The position numbers and the translations under genes were made by a program. A DNA stretch of 64,000 nt from Octopus vulgaris (lineage: Eukaryota), in NCBI GenBank assembly GCA_951406725.2, contig OX597832.1, forward strand, positions 43,896,001-43,960,000. The letters are read 5' to 3'. The notes under the pieces were generated by a model. That model was not told the origin of the DNA and ran no database searches. It was given only the letters and a program-made list of their open reading frames with translations. Each line of letters begins with the position of its first letter. Positions within the stretch are counted from its first letter, which is position 1. Of this stretch, positions 52,408-64,000 are shown in pieces.

Positions 52408-54345
52408 TGCTCTTTATGTTCTAAGTTCAAATTCTACTGAGGTCATCCTTTCATCCTTTCGGGGTCAATAAAATAAGTACCAGTTGAGCACTGGAGTTGA
52501 TGTAACTGATTTACCTCTTTCTCCTAAATTCAAAACTATTATTACTGATACATAAATATACATAAAGAGGTTTTTATAATGCTTTAGACTTTGCACCTTT
52601 GGCTCCTTGTCTATATTTTTGTATGACTCTTAATTCGAACCACCCTGCAGATTCTCTGCTTTGCATCTTGAATGCATCTCACAAAGATGGCAAGTGATTA
52701 TTACTGATACGTGTTAGCATAGCATTTTCTTCCTTTACCAGCATAGATTTTGAAAGGTTACATCCACCATAAATTTCTTCTGGAAAATACAAATGGACTC
52801 GACCTTTGGGAAATTACGACAAAACTAAACTACAACAGAAAGAAATAGATGGTTGAATGGATAGTGCAGTGGACACCCAGCTGAGAGACTGGGTAATTTA
52901 TACCCATTTAGTAGCACTACCTGGTGTCTGTACAGCCTATCTAGCAATATATAGATCAAACATCATCACCACCACCACCATCATCATCATTATCGACAAC
53001 AACAACATTTAATGCTTGCCTTTCATGCTGGCATGGATTTGACAGTTTGACAGGAGATGGCAAGCCAGAGGACTGTACCAAGTTACACTGAGTGTTTTGG
53101 CATGATTTTTATGGCTGGATGCACTTCCTCATGCCAACCACTATACAAAGTGGACTGGGTGCTTTTCACACAAAGCTAGCACCAGCAAGGTCTGTTTTGA
53201 CATGGTATTTACAACCAGATGCTTTTCCAAATGCCAACCACATTACAGAGTGGACTGGGTGCTTTTTACATGGCACCAGCACCACCAAAGTCTACTTTAA
53301 AATGGTTTTTACAGCTGGATGCCCTTCCAAACATCAACCATTTTATAGAATAAACTGGATGCTTTTTAAACAATATGGCACAGAAATCAGCATCAATGAT
53401 GAGGAATTGAATTGCATTCCATTATCTTACCTTGCATTACCAAATTCAGTTCCAAATAATTTATCTGGCAATGACAGTTGGAACTTGCATCCATAAAGAA
53501 CTGGAAGAAATGCAGCTAAGCAGTTTGTCCAATGCATCGGTGACTCTACCAGTTTGTTGCCTTATTATGTATCAGTAATAATGTATTTTCACTAGGTACA
53601 TACTGGATAGATACAATTAACTGCTCCGTCTGCTAATATTTATTGCCTTTTGTTTGTCTATGCATTCAAACTCTGCTGAGGTCGACTTTGCCTTTCATCC
53701 TTTCGGAGTCGATAAAATAAGTACCAGTTGAGCACTGGGGTCGATGTGACCAACTTAATCCTACCCCCTAAATTTCTGGCCGTGTGGTAAAATTTGAAAC
53801 CAATATTTCTTGGCCTTGTGTTCATGTTAGAAATTATAAAAGGGACCAGTGGATTGGTTGAATCGTTAGAGCATCCACCAAAATGCCTTGTGGTATGATG
53901 GTTTGTTTTGTGTCTTTACATTGTGAATCCAAATCATACCAAGGACCTTCATGGTCGATGAGATAAAGTATCTGTCATGCAATAGAGGTGAGGTGGGGCA
54001 ATATAACTTTTCATTATAGTCCAGGTTTCAACTCCATAAAAAAGAAAGTACTCTACACAGGACTAAAGAAAAGAAGGCACTCTATACAGGCCCTAAAGAA
54101 AGCCATCCTAATTGCAACATCTGGCATGGGACATTAGCACAACCTGCTAGTTCTTGAAAAAAAACATTTCCATCACTGTCCAAGAACATCAGGAAGTTTA
54201 ATGGTGAATGGCTTTAACCAGGAATCAAAATTGACTTACAGTACCAGTTTAGCAGGAGCTGACCTTCTGACCTGTTACAGTGCCCATTAGTAGCCTAGTA
54301 ATAAATATGCTATTTTAAGCTATCAATCCTTTCTTTACCAATACC

Positions 54346-54382
<37 letters not shown>

Positions 54383-54764
54383 TTTCTAAGGATAAAATAA
54401 GCTTATGTCATTCTGAATATTTTCATTTTTAATTCAGACATTAGTATTATCTTTTTACTCAGTCACCCAACATAACAACAAGCTTCAAGCTATAATTACA
54501 GCAACAAAACTATCTTCAATTCACCCTCCGCTCACGCAAGCACACACTTGCATGTGTACACACACAATTTCTCTTTCTCTATCTCTCTCTCTCTCTCTCT
54601 TTCTCTTTTATACTTTCTCTCTTTCTCATTTTATTACAATTTCTCTATTATAACTTTCACTTTCTCTCATACATACAAAACTATTTACCTTTTCGTCTCA
54701 CTTTATCTGAACAAAACACATCGCTCTCACCTCTCTCTCTCTCCCTACATATTATTATTATTAT

Positions 54765-54830
<66 letters not shown>

Positions 54831-55050
54831 CGGCGGCGGTGGTGGTGGTGGTGGTGGTAGTAGTAGTGGTGGTGGTAGTGGTGGTGGTGGTGGTGGTGGT
54901 GGTGGTAGTAGTGGTAGTAGTGGTAGTAGTAGTGATGTGGTGGTGGTAGTTGTAGTGGTGGTAGTAATAGTAGTAGTAGCGGTGGTGATGGTGGTGGTAG
55001 TAGTATTAGTAGTAGTAGTAGTAGTAGTGGTAGTAGTAGTAGTGGTGGTG

Positions 55051-55100
<50 letters not shown>
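54765..55100. repeat. (GTA)n/(GTG)n compound triplet microsatellite
   Basis: Direct reading. Confidence 0.95.
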
Positions 55101-55282
55101 CGGCCCATTCTCAGTCGTTATCTATCGAAACGATCAATCTCTAACTTCCCATCGCTGATCGTTATATCTCCACCTCCTCGCCCACCCACCCACCCACCCC
55201 ACCCTTTCCTTATCATCCTTCATCCTTTCCATTCAATTCATTTTATTCATCCGTCCATTGATCTATCATTACTTTTTGTTTG

Positions 55283-55314
<32 letters not shown>

Positions 55315-55364
55315 CAACTTTATCTATTTATCTATCACTCTATGCATCATTCTCAAAACCTCAT

Positions 55365-55396
<32 letters not shown>

Positions 55397-56100
55397 ATTC
55401 TCTCCACCTCTCTCTATTTCTCCCTCCTTCTCCACTCCATTTTTCTCTTTCGGTCACTTAATTACATCTCTCTCCTTTTTTTTTATTTTCCTCTTAATCT
55501 TTTCTTCTTCATTTTTCCCCCTCCTTTTTTTTTTCTCTCTTTCCTCACTTATTCATTCTCACTTTTCATATTATTTCTTTCCATGCATTCATCTCTCTCT
55601 TTCTTTCTCACACTCTCTCTCCTTCTTTCTCACAGTTTCTTACTTCCTCACACTCTCACTCTGTCTCTCCCTCCCATCCATACACCACTCTATCTTTCCT
55701 CTTTCATCTCCCTTAATCTTTTCCTCTTCATTTTTCCCCTCCTTTTTTTCTCTCTTTCCTTACTTTCCTTATTTCTTTCCATATATTCATCTCTCTCTCT
55801 CTCTTTCTTTCTCACACTCTCTCTCCTTCTTTCTCACAGTTTCTTTCTCACTCACACTCTCACTCTGTCTCTCCCTCTCATCCATACACCACTCTATCTT
55901 TCCTCTTTCATCTCCCTTAATCTTTTACCTCTTCATTTTTTCCCCCTCCTTTTTTCTCTTTTTCTCACTTACTCATTCTCACTTTTCTTTTTCCGCTCTC
56001 TGAATTCATCTCTCACACACACACACGTCTCTCTTTCTTTCTCACACACACTCTCCATCTCTCTTTCTCGCTCACACTCTCACCCTGTCTCACTCATCCT
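55365..56100 (+). repeat. Polypyrimidine tract with a ~210-bp tandem duplication
   Basis: ttctttctcacactctctctccttctttctcacagtttct...catccatacaccactctatctttcctctttcatctcccttaatctttt at about 55601-55722 and 55806-55926. Confidence 0.85.
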
Positions 56101-56564
56101 TTACTGTTTCATCTCTCATGTGAAACTATTACATCCATAAATTAATATTTTAAACTAAATTCTTTTTTTCAATTCTCTGCTTCGAAATGTAAATATAATC
56201 GTTAATATTTATTTAAATATTGAAGTATTTCGATTTCTCGAAAATTCATGTTAATTTTTATGCCATAGTGTTGTTGCAACATACAGAAAATCAAATAACA
56301 AATATTTTTTTATTAAGTCAGTTATTAAAATTTAACAGTGTAAAATTCAATATTGTAAATTTTTAAAACTGAAAAGCCATGTCAAACAACAAACGCGAAT
56401 TCTGAATAAGATGATATAGCAATGTTGTTTCAATCCCTCACTGACTTCTGGCTGGGTTGGGTTCCAACCCAGGCTGCAAGCAAAAGTCCACCTGCCACAC
56501 TTCTCAAACCAGCATCGCTGCTTTGAGGTCCTGGATGCATTTCAGGCCAGAGTCTGCAACAACA

Positions 56565-56855
56565 ACACTGAACACCTTTTTGATCTCCATGTGTCTAACA
56601 CACGTGGACATGCCTACAAAGTCAGAAAACAACACAGCTCCCATGACTTTCAGAAACATTTTTTTCACGCTCAGAGTTGCTGAAGCATGGAACAAACTGC
56701 CTGCGTCAGTTGTTGACTGCTATGACACTGCATCCTTTAAGGCCCTCATGCTTTCCGAAATCCGCCGAAACTACACCTGATTATATATACACTTTAGATG
56801 AGTTGTAGTGCAACTGAGCACTGTACACAATGTTTTATTATTATTATTATTATTT
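56565..56855 (+). mobile_element. CR1-type LINE 3' end
   Basis: SNTRGHAYKVRKQHSSHDFQKH/FFTLRVAEAWNKLPASVVDC plus an (ATT)n tail. Related to 3965-4746. Confidence 0.85.
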
Positions 56856-56899
56856 ATAAGTTGTCAATGCAAGCATCACAACATTTTCCTATTCTTACA

Positions 56900-57130
56900 T
56901 CAATATGAGAATGGGTTCCATGAGATTAATTTAGAAGCTTCCAGATCAGGGTGGGGCACATGGTGATCATACAGTCGCAGTCATCTTTGTTTGATCTTCT
57001 CACTAGCTTTCGGCAGGTCTCCATAACGGCATTCGTTTCTCATATGTTGCTGCCATTTCCCATTCCTTCATTAACAGCTATCTAGCCCGTTTGATAATTT
57101 CTTTGTCAGTGTCCATGTTTCACTGATATA
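56900..57130 (-). pseudogene. RTE-clade LINE ORF2 C-terminal fragment
   Basis: Minus strand reads SETWTLTKKLSNGLDSC...WQQHMRNECRYGDLPKASEKIKQR*LRLYDHHVPHPDLEASKLISW (RTE YGSETWTL...RRLRLAGH motif). Confidence 0.8.
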
Positions 57131-57154
57131 ATTGTGGGATGATGTCAGCAGCTG

Positions 57155-57458
57155 GGGAGCTGACCGGAACTTGGGAGCTAACCGGAACTTGGGAGCTGAC
57201 CAGAACTTGGGAGCTGACCGGAAATTGGGAGCTGACCGGAAATTAGGAGCTGACCGGAAATTGGGAGCTGACTGGAATTTGGGAGCTGACAGGAACTTGG
57301 GAGCTGACTGGAACTTGGGAGCTGACCGGAACTTGGGAGCTGACTGGAACTTGGGAGCTGACTGAAACTTGGGAGCTGACTGGAACGTGGGAGCTGACTG
57401 GAACTTGGGAGCTGACGGGAAATTGGGAGCTGACCGGAATTTGGGAGCTGACTGGAAG
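57155..57458. repeat. 18-bp GC-rich VNTR, 17 units (GGGAGCTGACYGGAAMTT)
   Basis: Exact 18-bp periodicity with substitutions only and no indels. Confidence 0.95.
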
Positions 57459-58059
57459 AGGAAGGGCGCCGCAGTGACATGCGCGCAGGCAGGGGACAAT
57501 TGGGCCTTTTCGATTGGGGTAGCAGATAGTGCCGGACATGTGAGCGCTTCGACAAGGTGAGGGAAAGCAGCTGCTATTTTTAGCTGCCATTGTGGTGACA
57601 TCTTATGTGGAGTGCCGAAATAGCTTGTGGTGTATGTGGGAGATTTGAAGTAAGACACCTACTTTTTCTTCATCGACGCAGACATCTCTGGTGGTAATGC
57701 ACCCTTCCAGGTGGCCCAACCCAAACGCTAAAAATAGCAGATGCTTTCCCTCACAATCGGTTGGTGCTTTTTACGTGCCACCAGCACGGAAGCCAGTCAA
57801 GGTGGCCTTTGTAATAAAAAATAAAGTTTCTTGGCCCTCCCACCTGTGACACATAGAACAACAGGCTTGTCACAGCGAGAGATAGAAAGAGGGAGGGAAC
57901 AATGTGAAATGATGTGCCTTGCTCAAGGATGCAATGCACTGCCCATTCCTGGAATTGAACTCACAATGCTATGATCATGAATGTAATGCCCTAACCCCAT
58001 GACCACATGCCTTAGACTGACTTAAAAAAAAAACAATAAAAGCAAAGACAAAAACAAAC

Positions 58060-58464
58060 AGGCGCAGGAGTGGCTGTGTGGTAAGTAGCTTGCTAACCAA
58101 CCACATGGTTCTGGGTTCAGTCCCACTGCGTGGCATCTTGGGCAAGTGTCTTCTGCTATAGCCCCAGGCCAACCAATGCCTTGTGAGTGGATTTGGTAGA
58201 CGGAAACTGAAAGAAGCCTGTCATATATGTGTATATATATATATGCATGTGTGTGTTTGTGTGTGTCTGTGTTTGTCCCCCAGCATTGCTTGACAACCGA
58301 TGCTGGTGTTTACGTCCCCGTCACTTAGCAGTTTGGCAAAAGAGACCGATAGAATAAGTACTGGGCTTACAAAGAATAAGTCCTGGGGTCGATTTGCTCG
58401 ACTAAAGGCGGTGCTCCAGCATGGCCGCAGTCAAATGACTGAAACAAGTAAAAGAGTAAAAGAG
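58060..58464 (+). mobile_element. Full-length CORE-like SINE
   Basis: Complete. Confidence 0.9.
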
Positions 58465-58949
58465 TTATTTGATTTTTTGTTTTTTTGTTTTTTTAAGATA
58501 CAGCCAGGGTTTGATTGGGACATATTTATATACCTTCAAACAACACAGATACTCTCATTAGTAACAGCAAAGTGAGTCTGCCATTGATTCATAAAATGAT
58601 CTTCTGTAAGCTATTAAGCCATTAAAGGTTCTTTTGATGTAATAGGAAATAAATAAATAAATAAATAAATAAGTAAAAAGTCATCAGGAGCCGAGTATTT
58701 GCAGCTATCTTCATGGTAACTAAGGCTTAGAAGTTAAGGTTGTGCAATCAACCTACATTCTATTTTGTTTCAACCAAGTCATTCTTCTGATTGTACAGTA
58801 GGAACAATATTGAAACACACACACACACACACACACATACATACACACACACACACATGCACACCACACACACACATGTATGTATGTATGCATGTATGTA
58901 TGCATGTATGTGCGAGTGTACATATGTGTGTGTGTGTATATATATATAT

Positions 58950-58980
<31 letters not shown>

Positions 58981-59087
58981 TAGATAGATAGAGAGATAGA
59001 CAGATAAATAAATAGATGGATAGACAGACAGACAGACAGACAGATAGATAGATAAATAGATAGATAGATAGATAGATATAGATAGAT

Positions 59088-59142
<55 letters not shown>

Positions 59143-59186
59143 TAGACAGACAGATAGGTAAGATAGATAGGTAAGATAGATAGGTA

Positions 59187-59233
<47 letters not shown>

Positions 59234-59281
59234 TAGATAGACAGACAGATAGGTAAGATAGATAGGTAAGATAGATAGGTA

Positions 59282-59334
<53 letters not shown>

Positions 59335-59335
59335 T
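58950..59335. repeat. (GATA)n/(GACA)n compound microsatellite with a duplicated ggtaagatagata block
   Basis: Direct reading. Confidence 0.95.
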
Positions 59336-59470
59336 ATGTGAATACACAGGTAAGCACATAGATGCAAAAGAAGGTGGGAAAAAATAGTACATGAATATCA
59401 AAGGTAGGGTATTTTACTATTTATAAAAGTCAAAAATATCTTTGCCAATCCAGGGGTCTGACTGGGCTGC

Positions 59471-59667
59471 TATCAGTTTGTGCCAGTCACTGTCGAGATG
59501 TCAGGTGTTCTTGGACCCTGTACAACCGATTTCCTCTGCAAAATAGGGATAAGGGTGGTCCATCAGAGAAATGAGCCCTGCCAAGTGGAGTGGCTGTTGC
59601 ACTGAGTGTCACTTGGCGATTCTCCATGGCAACGTAATCACTGTCATTACTGCAAGTTGCAGCTGAG
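59471..59667 (+). pseudogene. C-terminal restriction-like endonuclease region of a CRE-type LINE (decayed)
   Basis: YQFVPVTVEMSGVLGPCTTDFLCKIGIRVVHQRNEPCQVEWLLH*VSL/AILHGNVITV matches the FxPxAxExxGxxG...QRISxAIxRGN motif, with one stop and one frameshift. Confidence 0.75.
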
Positions 59668-59742
59668 CACATCATGTAGCCCATTGACCCCTCCTCACTC
59701 CACCATCTACTACATTACACTCTTTCTTTCTCTTTTTTTATC

Positions 59743-59959
59743 TTACCAACCCGGCTGAAACCGGCTCTGGCTCTGTAGTACAAATGTCTGGTTTTCAAAA
59801 GTTCTGAATTAAAATCTTCCACCAAACCTTAGTCACAATTTATGTCCCTAACTCTAGCTTAATGATAACGATGTTATTTTACTTAATTCTTTGTTATATT
59901 TAAAATAATTGGAAGAAACACTGAGCATCACAAAATAAATTCAGTAACGAAAGGGTTAA
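59743..59959. mobile_element. piggyBac-like MITE, left end truncated
   Basis: Homologous to 16598-16826, ending gtaacgaaaGGG-TTAA. Confidence 0.75.
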
Positions 59960-60482
59960 AACATTTATTTTGCATTCTTTACCAAAAGCATGCATTCACA
60001 ACTTCCATTTACTCAATTACCTTGAGGAGACCTCATGGTAATTATCATTAATTATCATTTATTTTTTTACCTGTTTCAGTCACTGGACTCAGCCAGGTGA
60101 GGGCACTGCTTTGAAATGCTTTTAGTCAAACAATTTTTTTTTTTTTTAAGACTGGTAATTAATCTATTTACCTCATTTGCCAAACTGCTAAGTTACAGGT
60201 GTTGGTTTGTAAACAAAACAACTCCAGTTGCCAAGAGGTAGTGAGCTTTCAAACACACACACACACACACATAATGGGCTTCCACACAGTTTCCATCTAC
60301 CGAATTTTCTCACAAGGCACATGGATGACCCAGGTCTACTGTAGAAGACACTTGCCTAAGGTGCTGTGCAAAGGAACTGAACCTGAAACCAGATGATTAC
60401 AAAATGAACTTCTTAAACACATAGCAATACCTGCACCTATAAAAGACAAAATGTCCCACCTGCATTGGAAGAAAAAAAAATA

Positions 60483-60658
60483 TAGACACAGGAGTGGCTG
60501 TGTAGTAAGTAGCTTACTTACCAACTACATGGTTCCAGGTTCAGTCCCACTGCGTGACACCTTGGGCAAGTGTCTTCTACTATAGCCTTGGACCGACCAA
60601 AGTCTTGTGAGTGGACTTGGTAGACGGAAACTGAAAGAAGCCCGTCATATGTATGCAC

Positions 60659-60698
<40 letters not shown>

Positions 60699-60915
60699 TA
60701 GTGTATGTTTGTGTGTCTGTGTTTGTCCCCCCCAACATTGCTTGACAACCGATACTGGTGTGCTTACATCCCTGTAACTTAGTGGTTCGGCAAATGAGAC
60801 CGATAGAATAAGTACTAGGCTTCCAAAGAATAAGTCCTGGCGTCAGTTTGCTCGACTAAAGGTGGTGCTCCAGCACGGCCACAGTCAAATGACTGAAACA
60901 AGTAAAAGAGTAAAA
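60483..60915 (+). mobile_element. Full-length CORE-like SINE
   Basis: Complete. An older inverted copy lies just upstream at about 60060-60440. Confidence 0.9.
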
Positions 60916-61807
60916 GCGTATCCTATTATTGCAGCATACAGCAGTATATTTCTAGTCTAACCCATTTAATAGTCTAACCCTTAGTATAACAGACACTGAT
61001 TTCGTGGATATCAGATTAAACAGAAAAAAAGATTTTAGAGAGAAAGAGAGAATGCGAGAATGCTTGAGTTGTTCCAAAGAGCAATATTAAAAGGTGAAGA
61101 AAACAAAGCGCAAAACTAGAAGCACGAAAAGGCAACAGCAAAGAAAAATGGTAAAAAAAAAATGGATATTATTGATGTGGTTGTCAAATAGGTTAAAGAA
61201 CTACTAAGATGAAAGCGGAAAAGGATGTGTGTGAGTTTTAGTGAAAAACAATACAAAATGGCCCCAGGGTTACCATTCAATGTAACAGACTTTTTGCATA
61301 AACAACCACATATTAACAACCCTCCCTCCTATTAGCCTATTTGATTTACCAGATTTTTTGGCATTGACAGACAGACCTTCTCCTCTATCGGTTTATTAAA
61401 TTGAGGGTTTACTATATAGAAGAGAAGTGGTTTATATGTTGTATTGAACTACTGGTGTTTCGTATAGCTTATACACTGAACATTCCTGTTACATAAAAAG
61501 ACAGATATTTTTCTGCCACTGCAATTGCCATCGCTGCCATCATCATTTTAATACCCACATTTTCTGCACCCACGGGTCAGCTGAAGTTCATTGAGGCAGA
61601 TTTTCCTACAGCTGGATGCCTTTCCTATCACCAACCTCTCAAATGTTTTCAAACAAGATAATATTTTCCCAGAGTTAAACATGTTCTTAGCAAAATATTG
61701 GAAATGAATAACACTGTTTTTTTTTTTTTACTACAGTGTCACTTGTTTACAACCGTCATACTATATCAAGACAAGGAGACACAAACACACACTTGCCTGT
61801 GCACATA

Positions 61808-62270
61808 TCTGTCATATAAAATCCGTTTTGTCTGTCTGTTTGTGTGTCTTCTAGGATCTCGGGCATCCTCCATCTGATTGCGCTCAAATTTGATATGTAG
61901 ATATCAACGGTATCAGGGCGTGTTTAAGTCTTGAAAAAATTACAAAAATCAATTCCAATTGAGAATGCGATCGATAAAGCCGTGGGAACATGCATTTGTA
62001 CGTGCAAGTACATCAACTATTGCGATGTACTTACTGGTACTTTAAACTCTTCGGTTGCATATTTGTGTGAATAAAATCGCTTTTCTTTGGAATAGAAAAA
62101 AAGTTTATCTTTATTTCTTCTTTTGCTGGTGTCTCAAATTTAGGTTAAATCAGTTTTTCTCAAAGGGGAGGCCTATGGGATGGTCGGACAAGTTGTTTTG
62201 AGAAAATTTGGTTTAAATGTTTGACAATTCAGCACCGTCCATTGGACGGTGTGGGGGGCGTTTTGCTTGT
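61808..62270 (+). mobile_element. Helitron-like non-autonomous element (second family)
   Basis: Starts a|TCtgtcatataaaatccgttttgtctgtctg, has a subterminal hairpin caccgtcca-t-tggacggtg, ends gCTTG|t. Confidence 0.55.
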
Positions 62271-62404
62271 ATATATATATATATTTATGATGGACTTCAT
62301 TCAGTTTCTGTCTACCAAATATATTCACATTACTTTGGCTGGCTTCAGTCTATAGTGGAAGCCACTTGCTTACAATGGCACAAAGTGAGACTGAACTTAA
62401 AGCC

Positions 62405-62749
62405 TGTTGTTAAGGTGAGACAGTGTCACGTGACAACTTGCTGGGACTGCCTGCTGGAGCCTAGCGGCAGGTATTTAAAGGGAAAAATTTGACAAGACAG
62501 TCAGTCACCGGCTGACACTCGCTGACACTACATCGAAGAGGCCAGGGAACAAAAGAAAGAAGACATGCACCCAACACCAGAGCTGAAGACACCTCCGAAA
62601 GGGGGGGGGGGGACTGCCACATCAAAACGGTAGAGGAGTAGGGGCCGAAACCGGACGTGGTTCCTCCTGATGATGTCTTGAGCTAACTAGATCCTATAAA
62701 GGAGCTGTTGTGGTAGCAGACCAAGAAACACGGTTGTAATTCCCCTCCT
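62405..62749 (+). mobile_element. GC-rich insertion inside a SINE head, Penelope-pLTR-like, with hammerhead-core motifs
   Basis: Splits the SINE between ctgaacttaaagcc and tggttgggaaag. Contains tgtcacgtgaca, tatttaaag, CTGAAGA, GAAAC, CTGATGA and GAAAC...GTA. Confidence 0.5.
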
Positions 62750-63640
62750 GGTTGGGAAAGAAACTTCTTAACCACAAAGCTACCAAGAAAGAAACCTTTA
62801 TCATATACCGTGATATAGCATGGAAAAAAAGTCGATGCAGAACATTCCGAGGAAACAAATAACTACATCATAATAACGAACAGTAGACTGTGTTTCTTTG
62901 TGTCACCCGATACCATGTTACATTAGATCGCAAAGAACGAAAAGAAAAGCACAAAATCAAGAAACAGAAATATATATTACACACTGCCAAAGGATAACAT
63001 GAGATACATCAGCCATAGTGTATATCATATGTCATAACATATTACATCATTTGGTGGAACCATGTTGGCAGTAGAAGAGAAAGTGAGGGAAACAGAGAGA
63101 GACAGGTAGACAGAGAGAGAAATTATGGGAAATTGAGAAAGAAACATAACTAGAAATATTACAAGGCAGACAGAGAAAGAGAGAGAAGCAAAGAAAGAAT
63201 GAAGGTGAGAAAGTGAGAGAGCAAAGGTGAGAAAGAAATATGCATAACTATTGTGCCTATACTTTGATCCTAAGTAGAAGGTAAGAAGGAATTAAAGGAG
63301 AATTACATAGACATATATTTACAATGTTTGTAACCCCACCCACCCAAAAAAAAATTACCAGACGTTGCTCCCCACTTTTATTTACATTCACAAACAAGGT
63401 AACAAACCACGTGCTGAGTTGATGTAATTGCTCGAAAATGCTGAGTCAGCTTCACTGATATCACATTAAATATAAGCATATAATTTGATACATGTATTAT
63501 ATGCGCATGCGAGTGTGTGTAATAGGAAGGATAATGATACGAATAAGACAGGGAAAAGATACGAAGTGTTGAGGATAGACATATTAACATTAACAAGCTT
63601 AGATTCAACCCTGTAGGTACTAAATGTATGGTTGGTACAA

Positions 63641-63709
<69 letters not shown>

Positions 63710-64000
63710 GATGCAGTACCAGGCAGTGGCTCTCATGGTTTCTGATCTTAACTGATTGGAAGTGTTATCATGTACATTGGTTTGTCTTGGTATAAGAGAT
63801 GGGCTACAGCAAATATTCTGCTCAATACCACAGATTTGCTTGTCAGTTGTTTGACCTTAACCAGTTGAGCGTGTCCCTTAGTGGCTGACGATATGTGCAT
63901 CTCTGATTATGAGCAGAAGTAGTGGGGGAGCATCATAGCCATGTGTTGAGAGGGATTCTTTGGGGTTTGAATAATTCACCTCTGGAAACATGGGTGTTTC
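63710..64000 (-). mobile_element. LINE 3' end abutting (TAA)n (possibly R4/Dong-type), cut by window edge
   Basis: Homologous to 29418-29596 and directly adjoining (TAA)n at 63644-63709. Confidence 0.55.

Noticed and set aside
57155-57458. Regular short repeats resembling a CRISPR array
   Set aside because: Head-to-tail units without unique spacers, no cas genes, eukaryotic context. The same holds for the 62-bp array at 41818.
63405-63450. E-box CACGTG and AP-1-like TGAGTCA close together
   Set aside because: Short motifs expected by chance in 64 kb, with no promoter or gene context.

Overview
AT-rich, microsatellite-saturated, non-coding eukaryotic DNA. The repeat families point to an octopus (coleoid cephalopod) intron or intergenic region. 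No protein-coding gene can be called with confidence: nearly all ORFs in the track are translations of microsatellites or SINEs. The window is a mosaic of (i) more than 20 copies or fragments of a tRNA-headed CORE-like SINE with an internal (TA)n(TG)n tract, plus Nin-like, Meta-like and (GAT)n-tailed SINE families; (ii) decayed LINE fragments (CR1, CR1/Jockey-group RT, RTE, CRE-type RLE, a possible Dong/R4 3' end) and a Penelope-type RT fragment; (iii) DNA-transposon remnants (Helitron-like, mariner, hAT, piggyBac-like MITE). The most interesting signal is a ~190-bp non-coding element, present five times, whose 3' end always abuts (TA)n and which carries a minimal Penelope-type hammerhead-ribozyme motif with a family-fixed variant core (CUGUAGA). 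Two further hammerhead-like elements and a Penelope RT remnant lie in the same window. Coordinates were read by eye and are approximate. Family names rest on remembered motifs, not on database searches.
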